Source: Clostridia bacterium (lineage in GTDB: Bacteria; Bacillota; Clostridia; UMGS1810). From it: a DNA stretch of 28,707 nucleotides. The position numbers and the translations under genes are program-made. Below, piece by piece: positions 8,954 to 15,555 of the stretch. Numbering within the stretch: the first letter of the stretch is position 1; each line of letters begins with the position of its first letter. Below the pieces are notes generated by a model. That model made no database searches. It worked only from the letters and a program-made list of their open reading frames with translations, and was not told where the DNA came from. The stretch spans positions 1 through 28,707 of the forward strand of contig JAZSBW010000228.1 in NCBI GenBank assembly GCA_045602585.1. Reading direction: 5' to 3'.

Positions 8954-10126
8954 TTATTTAATAATCACCCTGTCAAGTATACCTGTAAGGTATGCAATAG
9001 CAATGCCGTAATTCGTCATCGGCACACCGCACCTTCGGCAGATTTCGTTACGTGCCATAACGTGCGCACGATTGAACATACACGCACCGCAATGGATAAC
9101 GAGGTCATATCCGCTTACGTCTTCGGGGAAATCGTTTCCCGAAACGACAGTTATATCAATATCGGGATTAATCTTTTTATGCAAAAGATTTGGAATTTTA
9201 ACCCGTGCAATATCTGCATCGGTAGTTGTGTGCGAGCACGCCTCGGCAATCAGTACACGGCTGCCGCTTTTTAAATTTCCGATAGTTTTTGCCGCATCAA
9301 CAAATGCGTCTATATCGCCTTTATACCCTGCAAGAAGTATGGAAAAAGAGGTAAGTTTCCAGTCGTCTGGGATGATTTCGTCCACCTTTGCAAAAACCTG
9401 AGAGTCGGTTATAACGAGGTCAGGCGCGTTTTTAAGTGTTTCCATTGCCGACGGCAAAGATTCAAGTGTAGCGCATACAGGGTTTGCGCCTTTATCGAGC
9501 AGTTCGCGTATCACCTGAACTTGCGGCAGAATAAGTCTGCCCTTTGGTGCGGACTCGTCCTGTGGCATAACTAAAAGAACGGTGTCCCCTTTTTTAACAA
9601 GGTCGCCCGTGATAGTCGGCTCGGCTATTTTTTCGGGTGAATATTTTTTTATAAGTGAAACAAGTTCGCCTATACCTTCGCCCGTCAATGCACTTACGGA
9701 AATTTTAGGCTCGGGGAGTTTATCCAAATCAGCATTTGCAAGGTCGGTTTTGTTAATTACGTATATTATGTTTTTGCAGTTGAGCGATTTTGCAAACTCA
9801 ACTTCGTCGGTATAGTCGCTGTTTTCTGCGGAAATAACAACAAGTACAACATCTGCCGAGCGCACGGCTGTGTGCGTTTTTTCCACACGCATCGCCCCGA
9901 GTTCGCCCTCATCGTCAAACCCTGCGGTATCCACCACAACGCACGGGCCGAGCCCGGTAATTTCCATAACCTTTTTAACCGGGTCGGTGGTTGTGCCGGG
10001 TGTATCGGAAACTATTGAAATATCCTGACCTGTCAAAGCATTGATAAGCGAGGATTTGCCGCTGTTCCGCTTGCCAACAAAAACTATATGCACACGCTCT
10101 GATGAGTGCAGTTCGTTGCTTATCAT
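8954..10126 (-). CDS. hydF: [FeFe]-hydrogenase H-cluster maturation GTPase HydF
   Basis: G-motifs GKRNSGKSS, DTPGTTTDPV, DTAG, NKTD; PKGRLILPQVQ; Fe-S motif EACSH...HCGACM; PMTNYG. Confidence 0.95.
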   Translation of the reverse strand: MISNELHSSERVHIVFVGKRNSGKSSLINALTGQDISIVSDTPGTTTDPVKKVMEITGLGPCVVVDTAGFDDEGELGAMRVEKTHTAVRSADVVLVVISAENSDYTDEVEFAKSLNCKNIIYVINKTDLANADLDKLPEPKISVSALTGEGIGELVSLIKKYSPEKIAEPTITGDLVKKGDTVLLVMPQDESAPKGRLILPQVQVIRELLDKGANPVCATLESLPSAMETLKNAPDLVITDSQVFAKVDEIIPDDWKLTSFSILLAGYKGDIDAFVDAAKTIGNLKSGSRVLIAEACSHTTTDADIARVKIPNLLHKKINPDIDITVVSGNDFPEDVSGYDLVIHCGACMFNRAHVMARNEICRRCGVPMTNYGIAIAYLTGILDRVIIK

Positions 10127-10138
10127 TTAAAATCCTCC

Positions 10139-11113
10139 TTAATCGTACTCTTTGCCGATGCTCTCAAGCAGATGGTTAATCTCTGCCCGTTCTTCGGCTA
10201 CAGACTTGATTTCCCCGTGTTTTACGGGGTAAATCTCATATAATTTTCTGTATTTGGGCGGTGTAACTTTTTTCATAATAACATTTGCTCCGCCGCAAAA
10301 TACTTTGTTGCGCTCCTCCATATCAAGCACACCGAGCGATGTTGTTGCCGGTAGATTGATTTCAGGGAGCATAATCCTTGCAATAGCAATGGCACGTCGT
10401 GTTTTTTCCGTACTGCCTGATGTGGCTTTTGCCAAAGGCGTGTGCGGATGCGGAATAAACGGCCCTATCCCCGCCATATCGCACGGAACAGATGCTATAA
10501 ACTCAAGGTCGTGCGCAATGGTTTCAACCGTCTGACCGGGCAAGCCTATCATAAATCCGCCGCCCGTTTCGAAGCCGAGCCTTTTAATGGTGTGCAGACA
10601 CTCTTTTCGGTCTTTAATGCTGTAGCCGGGGTGCAGTTGGCTGTAGATTTCAAAATCGGTGGTTTCGTGCTTTAAAAGGTACCTGTCACAACCGGCATTT
10701 TTAATAATTCTGTATTCATCCTCTGTCATCTCGCCAGCGCTTAATGTGATGGCGACATCACGCTTAGACTTGATTTCCTTTATAATCTGCGCAAAAAGTT
10801 CCGCTGTAAATTCGGGGTCTTCCCCGCCCTGCAACACTACCGTTTTATACCCCGCATCGGCGGCTTGCAGGGAAGTGTCAATAATTTCTTCGGGCTTCAT
10901 ACGGTAACGGACTAAATTGGTGTTGTGGCAGTTAAGTCCGCAATACGCACAATTGCGCTTACAATAATTTGAAAATTCCACAATTGCGCGCACATTTACA
11001 AGGTTGCCCTTTGTTTCGCGTGTTATTTTGTCTGCAAGGCTGTAAAATTCCTGCATTTGCACATCTATTTCAAAAATGTCGCATATATCTTCAAAACATA
11101 ATTTTCTGCGCAT
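10139..11113 (-). CDS. hydE: [FeFe]-hydrogenase maturase HydE (radical SAM)
   Basis: RAIVEFSNYCKRNCAYCG (CxxxCxxC), VVLQGGED, RYLLKHET, GFMIGLPGQT, GIGPFIPHPHTP, LPATT, GANVIM, YEIY. SD AAAGGGG precedes ATG 11113; directly upstream of hydF. Confidence 0.88.
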   Translation of the reverse strand: MRRKLCFEDICDIFEIDVQMQEFYSLADKITRETKGNLVNVRAIVEFSNYCKRNCAYCGLNCHNTNLVRYRMKPEEIIDTSLQAADAGYKTVVLQGGEDPEFTAELFAQIIKEIKSKRDVAITLSAGEMTEDEYRIIKNAGCDRYLLKHETTDFEIYSQLHPGYSIKDRKECLHTIKRLGFETGGGFMIGLPGQTVETIAHDLEFIASVPCDMAGIGPFIPHPHTPLAKATSGSTEKTRRAIAIARIMLPEINLPATTSLGVLDMEERNKVFCGGANVIMKKVTPPKYRKLYEIYPVKHGEIKSVAEERAEINHLLESIGKEYD

Positions 11114-11135
11114 TGTATTACCCCTTTCTAAGTTA

Positions 11136-11164
11136 ATTATACAATATATGCCCGATTTCCGCAA
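11136..11164 (-). promoter_or_regulatory. sigmaA-type promoter of hydE-hydF
   Basis: Minus strand TTGCGG (11164-11159), 17 bp, TATAAT (11141-11136). Confidence 0.6.
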
Positions 11165-11173
11165 GTGTTTTAG

Positions 11174-11202
11174 TTGACAAGCAGATGGATACGGAGTATA
11201 AT
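11174..11202 (+). promoter_or_regulatory. Consensus sigmaA promoter of the THF riboswitch-folT unit
   Basis: TTGACA (11174-11179), 17 bp, TATAAT (11197-11202). Confidence 0.8.
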
Positions 11203-11218
11203 AATGGAAGAAAATAAA

Positions 11219-11317
11219 AACAGAGCAGACATTGCGCGTTAAGTGCCCAAAAATGGGAGTAGAGTTTTGGGACGAAAAGCGGTTAACCGCTTGCGGTGCA
11301 ATGCTTCATCCGCTGTG
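11219..11317 (+). ncRNA. THF (tetrahydrofolate) riboswitch aptamer
   Basis: CAGAGcAG..GCGTTAAGTG..ATGGGAGT..ACGAAAAG..TTGCGG..CATCCGCTG matches the THF-I consensus; lies upstream of a folate ECF S-component. Confidence 0.9.
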
Positions 11318-11374
11318 GCATTTTTATGCGCAATGGTGGGCTTTCTCTGCTTTTGAGAGGGGCTTTTTTAACTT

Positions 11375-12136
11375 ATGAAAAACACATCTACAAAAAACAT
11401 TGTTCAAACGGCGCTTTTTATAGCGCTTGCGTTGGTGGTGCGACAGTTATCGGTTATGATTCCTTTCGGCGGCGCAAACGGTATGCGCATAGGTATATCC
11501 GAGGTGTTTACCAAAATGCCTGCGCTTATTTTTGGACCCGTGCTTGGCGGTGCGGCATCGGGATTGGTGGACTTTTTAGCACAGATGATAAAAGCAGAGG
11601 GCGCATATCTGTGGCCTATGCTTGGGGTTATGATTCTCGGCGGTGTGCTTACGGGGGCTTTGTGGAAGGTATTTAAAAAACTTCCGTCTAAGGGGTTAAG
11701 GGCAGGTTTTACCGTGTTTTGCATTTTTCTTCTTGCACTCGGTGTGTTTAACCATTTAACTCTTACCCTTATCAAAAATGGTGCGTGGTTTAACGCACTT
11801 TCTGCACTTGGTGACAAAGCATCGTTTACTACCTACGGCTTGTATTGCGCATCTGTTTTCGGTTTTGTATTTCTGGCAGCCGATTATATATTAAAAAAGA
11901 AATCAGAAAATTATAATGACGATTTTCTGCAACTTACCTTAACGGTGTTTTTGTCGGATGTTGTAGTTACTACGCTCAACACATTTATTCTGCGTTATTA
12001 CTATAGCGGTCTTGCAAAGATACCGTTCTGGACATATTACATACCAAGGCTTGTACAGGATTTGATTTCAACGGTGGTTTTTGCGTACTTGCTTTCGTGT
12101 CTGCTTAAAATCTACCGTAGAATAACAAATAAATAA
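11375..12136 (+). CDS. folT: Folate-family ECF transporter S-component FolT, with an internal insertion
   Basis: TALFIALA (AxxxA) helix 1, RIG, FGPVLGGAASGLVD, GAY, LNTFIL, IPRL motifs; THF riboswitch upstream; 253 aa. Confidence 0.85.
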   Translation: MKNTSTKNIVQTALFIALALVVRQLSVMIPFGGANGMRIGISEVFTKMPALIFGPVLGGAASGLVDFLAQMIKAEGAYLWPMLGVMILGGVLTGALWKVFKKLPSKGLRAGFTVFCIFLLALGVFNHLTLTLIKNGAWFNALSALGDKASFTTYGLYCASVFGFVFLAADYILKKKSENYNDDFLQLTLTVFLSDVVVTTLNTFILRYYYSGLAKIPFWTYYIPRLVQDLISTVVFAYLLSCLLKIYRRITNK

Positions 12137-12153
12137 TTTTTAGGAATAAAATT

Positions 12154-12196
12154 AAAAGATAGTATTTTCTGTTAACGGAAAATACTATCTTTTTTA
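12154..12196. terminator. Bidirectional intrinsic terminator between folT and DUF4363
   Basis: AAAAGATAGTATTTTC / GAAAATACTATCTTTT 16-bp stem flanked by A- and T-tracts. Confidence 0.85.
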
Positions 12197-12202
12197 ATTC
12201 TT

Positions 12203-12565
12203 TTAAAATATATTTTCGGGCGAAAGTTTTTCTCTTTCTAAAAGTTCGTCAAGCATAAATTTTGCTACGGCAATCTCCTGCAACGCCATATCATCTCTTC
12301 CTGCGGCGGCTTCCGCTTTTGCACGGATGAGGCTTGTTGAAACGGACTCAATATCCCGGTGGTTCATAAGGTACATAAGTTTGTTTTTATCGTTATCCCA
12401 ATCCTTTTCAACTTTATCCAAAAGGTCGGTCTGCGGATTTTTAAGTGCTTCGTCTAAGCGGTCGGAATAAGATTTAACAATATTATCTGTATAAAAATAT
12501 CCGCCGATTGAGCCTGTAAGGATTAAAAGAAAAATGATAGAAACTGATATTATCGACTTTGCCAT
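12203..12565 (-). CDS. DUF4363-family protein (N-terminal TM anchor, helical)
   Basis: One N-terminal hydrophobic helix; W..DK..LMYLMNHRDIESV and C-terminal E.LSPENIF pattern; sits downstream of a DUF421 gene. Confidence 0.7.
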   Translation of the reverse strand: MAKSIISVSIIFLLILTGSIGGYFYTDNIVKSYSDRLDEALKNPQTDLLDKVEKDWDNDKNKLMYLMNHRDIESVSTSLIRAKAEAAAGRDDMALQEIAVAKFMLDELLEREKLSPENIF

Positions 12566-12569
12566 ATAC

Positions 12570-13247
12570 TCATTCCTTATTCTTCATCTGCAATGTTACT
12601 TTTTTATCTCCGTCAACCGTCAGCAGAAAAACGTCGTTTTCATTCGTCACTTTTCTGTCGGAGAGTTGTTTTTTTAGCCAATCGTCATTTACTCCGGCTT
12701 CTTTCATATGTTCGGGGTACTTTTTGCCGTCTGCTATTATTACGTGTGGAAGCGTTTGCTGATTTGTTTTTATTCCCGCATCGTCGGCAGTAGGCGGATT
12801 AAACCCTGCTTTTGGTATTACAGAAAGTGAGCCGTTCGTTTCTAAAATTGCCATATACACATCATCTACGTCAAAATAATCTTTCATACGCAGTCCCTCG
12901 GCAAGGTCTTCAAGGTTATATCTGTTTTTACGCATCTCCTCACGGCAGATAACGCCTTTTTTAATAATAACGGCGGGCGAGCCCGTAAGAATTTTACGTA
13001 TTTTAGGGAATTTTAAAGATAAAAGCGATGCGCTCATTTCTGCGGCTATAAGAGTAAGTATCGGCACTATACCGCTTAAAAGCGGCAGAGCAGGGTCGCT
13101 CATAGGGATTGTGGCGAGGTCTGATATCATAATTGCCACAACAAGTTCGCTCGGTTGCAGTTCGCCCACCTGACGCTTACCCATAATCCTCAATGCAAAT
13201 ACAACCAGCGCATACGATACAAGCGTACGTACAAAAGAAATTGCCAT
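12570..13247 (-). CDS. DUF421/YetF-family membrane protein
   Basis: LRIMGKRQVGELQPSELVVAIMISDLA, three TM helices, G.P..IIKKG.I, LAEGLR.KD, AILETNGSLSV, II.DG. The start could be 13247 (ATG) or 13256 (GTG). Confidence 0.9.
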   Translation of the reverse strand: MAISFVRTLVSYALVVFALRIMGKRQVGELQPSELVVAIMISDLATIPMSDPALPLLSGIVPILTLIAAEMSASLLSLKFPKIRKILTGSPAVIIKKGVICREEMRKNRYNLEDLAEGLRMKDYFDVDDVYMAILETNGSLSVIPKAGFNPPTADDAGIKTNQQTLPHVIIADGKKYPEHMKEAGVNDDWLKKQLSDRKVTNENDVFLLTVDGDKKVTLQMKNKE

Positions 13248-13278
13248 GCAGTTCACTCTCTCTTTTATATTATAGGAA

Positions 13279-13307
13279 TATTTTGCCCCCTTTTCATTTG
13301 TTTATAC
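13279..13307 (-). promoter_or_regulatory. Putative forespore sigmaF/sigmaG-type promoter of DUF421-DUF4363
   Basis: Minus strand GTATA (13307-13303), 15 bp, GGCAAAATA (13287-13279); matches GYATA-N15-GGnAnAHTR. Confidence 0.55.
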
Positions 13308-13310
13308 AGG

Positions 13311-13339
13311 TTTACAAAACTCAAATTTAATGGTATCAT
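13311..13339 (+). promoter_or_regulatory. sigmaA-type promoter of mnmA
   Basis: TTTACA, 17 bp, extended TGg-TATCAT. Confidence 0.55.
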
Positions 13340-13359
13340 ATAAGCAAAGGAATGATATT

Positions 13360-14397
13360 ATGAAAAAAGTTTTATTGGGTTTAAGCGGCGGTGTGGACAG
13401 CACCGTTGCGGCATATATATTAAAAAATCAGGGTTGGGAAGTTATCGGCGCAACGCTGGATTTACTCCCGTGCACGGACGAAAATGTTATAACTGCGGCA
13501 AAATTGGCGGCAGATCAGTTGGGCATTGAACATCACGTGCTTACGTTTAAAGACATTTTTAAAGAAAAGGTAATCAATAATTTTATAAATGAATACACCT
13601 GCGGGAGAACACCGTCACCTTGTATAGAGTGTAATAGGCACATAAAATTTGGCGCCATGCTCAAAGCCGCACAGGATATGGGCATTGATTATATTTCCAC
13701 AGGGCATTATGCAAAAGTTGAGTTTGACGAAAATTCAAACCGTTATCTTTTAAAAAAAGCAGACTGCATTGAAAAAGACCAGTCTTATATGCTGTATACG
13801 CTAACACAGGAGCAGTTATCTAAAGTTATTCTGCCCCTGCAGGGTTTAAGCAAAGACGAGGTGCGCGCCATTGCGCGCAAAGCAGGGTTTACCGCTGCAG
13901 ACAGGGGCGATAGTCAGGAAATATGTTTTATTCCAGATGATGACTACATTAAGTTTTTAACCGAAAACACACCCTCGCTTCCGCCGAAAGGGAATTTTGT
14001 TGATAAAGACGGCAATATTTTAGGTGAGCACAACGGCATTTACCGCTATACCATAGGTCAGCGCAAAGGATTGGGAATTGCATTTGGTAAACCTATGTTT
14101 GTAATTGGTGTTAATGCTGAAAAAAACGAGGTTATACTCGGCGAGGCGGGCGAGGAATATAGAGCAGAGTTGTATGCGGAAAAGGTCAATTTTATACCGT
14201 TTGATACTCTTAATGAGCCTATACACGCTGAATGTAAAGTCCGCTATGGTAATAAAGTTTACGGAGGAGTTATATACCCCCGAGATGATAATTGTGTAAA
14301 AGTGGAGTTCGACACCTCTGCAAGAGCCGTTACATCGGGACAATCGGTTGTATTTTACAATGGAGATACCGTTATTGGCGGCGGAATTATAAAATAG
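13360..14397 (+). CDS. mnmA: tRNA 2-thiouridine(34) synthase MnmA
   Basis: LGLSGGVDSTVAA, GRTPSPCIECNRHIKFG, STGHYA, KDQSYML, DSQEICF, YTIGQRKGLG, AVTSGQSVVFY. ATG 13360 follows AAGG. Confidence 0.97.
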   Translation: MKKVLLGLSGGVDSTVAAYILKNQGWEVIGATLDLLPCTDENVITAAKLAADQLGIEHHVLTFKDIFKEKVINNFINEYTCGRTPSPCIECNRHIKFGAMLKAAQDMGIDYISTGHYAKVEFDENSNRYLLKKADCIEKDQSYMLYTLTQEQLSKVILPLQGLSKDEVRAIARKAGFTAADRGDSQEICFIPDDDYIKFLTENTPSLPPKGNFVDKDGNILGEHNGIYRYTIGQRKGLGIAFGKPMFVIGVNAEKNEVILGEAGEEYRAELYAEKVNFIPFDTLNEPIHAECKVRYGNKVYGGVIYPRDDNCVKVEFDTSARAVTSGQSVVFYNGDTVIGGGIIK

Positions 14398-14420
14398 GGG
14401 GATGCAAAATGCATCCCCTT
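14396..14420. terminator. Hairpin terminator between convergent mnmA and thiT
   Basis: AGGGGGATGC-aaaat-GCATCCCCTT. Confidence 0.65.
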
Positions 14421-14425
14421 AAAAA

Positions 14426-14980
14426 TTATTCTTTGAGTTTTTCTATAATCGGAGCCATAAACGCAAGAGCAACTGCGGTTATGATTATTTCGGGTATCAT
14501 ATACGAGCCGTTATAGACAAGCGAATATGCAAGCACGCTCTGTCCTTCCTCTGCATACACGCCCCATATAAGCAATCCCGAAAGAATATGGCACACATAG
14601 CGCAAAAGTGCAACCAACGCACCCGACACAGGTATTGCCCATCTTTTTCTGCCGAGAAGTGCATAAAATCCGCCCGCAAAGCCGAGCACACCGAACGCTG
14701 CAACGTAGTCTAAAAAGATTACAAGAAAGAAATTAAGTATTGTTTGCGTTGGTGGCGGATAAAAACCTGTCATCATTTGTATCAGCGAGTATACAACCGC
14801 CGAAAGTATGCCCCACCGGTAATCGAGTATTACAGACACCGCCGCAATCGGCACCATAGATGCTAATGTTATAGAACCGCCCTGCAGCCAAGGCGCAGGA
14901 ATAATTTTAGAAACCATCGCCAGAACGGCAGACATTGCAACCATTATGGCGGATATTGTTATTTTTTTAGTTTTGGTCAT
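14426..14980 (-). CDS. thiT: Thiamine ECF transporter S-component ThiT
   Basis: QGGSITLASMVPI, LDYVAAFGVLG, RYVCHILSGLLIW, YSLVYNGSYMIPE. SD GGAGG precedes ATG 14980; TPP riboswitch upstream. Confidence 0.93.
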   Translation of the reverse strand: MTKTKKITISAIMVAMSAVLAMVSKIIPAPWLQGGSITLASMVPIAAVSVILDYRWGILSAVVYSLIQMMTGFYPPPTQTILNFFLVIFLDYVAAFGVLGFAGGFYALLGRKRWAIPVSGALVALLRYVCHILSGLLIWGVYAEEGQSVLAYSLVYNGSYMIPEIIITAVALAFMAPIIEKLKE

Positions 14981-15034
14981 ATTATTTACCTCCGTTTTGA
15001 ATAATATCAAAAAGTCTGCAGAACTTTTTATAAC

Positions 15035-15063
15035 AAAAAAGACAACCCCTTTGCGGATTGTCC
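15035..15063 (-). terminator. Riboswitch-controlled terminator in the thiT leader
   Basis: Minus strand GGACAATCC-gcaaa-GGGGTTGTC-TTTTTT between aptamer and SD. Confidence 0.75.
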
Positions 15064-15091
15064 TAAAATCATACAAATATACTATTACAAT

Positions 15092-15180
15092 ATATTTCCT
15101 ACGACGGCATTATCCGTATCAGGTCAATGGGTCGGAATTTTAAATCCCCTCTCAGCCTTTAACAAAAGCTCCCCAAATAT
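15092..15180 (-). ncRNA. TPP riboswitch aptamer
   Basis: Minus strand GGGGAGC..GGCTGAGAGG..CCGACCC.TTGACCTGAT.CGGATAATGCC..CGTAGGAA is a canonical THI element. Confidence 0.95.
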
Positions 15181-15192
15181 TTAATTTTCTTT

Positions 15193-15221
15193 ATTGTAAC
15201 ACGCAAGGCGATATTTGTCAA
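15193..15221 (-). promoter_or_regulatory. sigmaA promoter of the TPP riboswitch-thiT unit
   Basis: Minus strand TTGACA (15221-15216), 17 bp, TACAAT (15198-15193). Confidence 0.75.
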
Positions 15222-15233
15222 TATATGTTTGTA

Positions 15234-15262
15234 TTGATTTTTTATCAAGATGATGATATAAT
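15234..15262 (+). promoter_or_regulatory. sigmaA promoter of the DUF6472-like gene
   Basis: TTGATT, 17 bp, extended TGa-TATAAT. Confidence 0.6.
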
Positions 15263-15288
15263 TCTACTTATTTCAAGGAGTGAAATTG

Positions 15289-15474
15289 ATGGCAAAAGAA
15301 AAAATCTCTCAATGCGAAAGTTGCGCATATTTTGATTATGACGAAGAATACGATTGCTACGTGTGTACTATAAATGTAGATGAAGACGATTATGCATCAT
15401 TTATGGGCGGACATAACTCATGTCCGTACTATCATTTTTATGACGAGTACAGTATTGTAAGAAAGCAGAACTAA
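15289..15474 (+). CDS. Small acidic Cys-rich protein, DUF6472-like
   Basis: 61 aa, CESCAYFDYDEEYDCYVC...CPYY..YDEYSIVRKQN; own promoter and AAGGAG SD. Confidence 0.75.
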   Translation: MAKEKISQCESCAYFDYDEEYDCYVCTINVDEDDYASFMGGHNSCPYYHFYDEYSIVRKQN

Positions 15475-15478
15475 AAAA

Positions 15479-15547
15479 GTAGGGGTCGATGCCTACATCG
15501 ACCCGAAACAAAAATATTATCGGGCGGATGTGGGCATCCGCCCCTAC
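15479..15547. repeat. Inverted pair of 27-bp GTAG-type REP palindromes (REPIN-like doublet)
   Basis: GTAGGGGTCGATGCCTACATCGACCCG (15479-15505, +) and GTAGGGGCGGATGCCCACATCCGCCCG (15547-15521, -), 15-bp AT-rich spacer. Confidence 0.8.
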
Positions 15548-15555
15548 AAAATAAA

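Noticed and set aside
6185-11113. Single functional island linking O2 defence genes to O2-sensitive hydrogenase maturases
   Set aside because: The units are on opposite strands, separated by an unrelated GT2 and terminators, and I saw no copy of the Rrf2 dyad near the hydE promoter.
14394-14420. TAGGGGGATGC..GCATCCCC hairpin as a third REP copy
   Set aside because: It lacks the GTAG head, and stem length and loop differ; it is adequately explained as a terminator.
14981-15076. Upstream extension of thiT or a leader peptide
   Set aside because: It overlaps the riboswitch terminator; the GGAGG SD supports ATG 14980.
11219-15180. Two riboswitch-ECF units flanking mnmA as a cofactor and tRNA-modification cluster
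   Set aside because: Each unit has its own promoter and terminator with mixed orientations; adjacency alone is not evidence.
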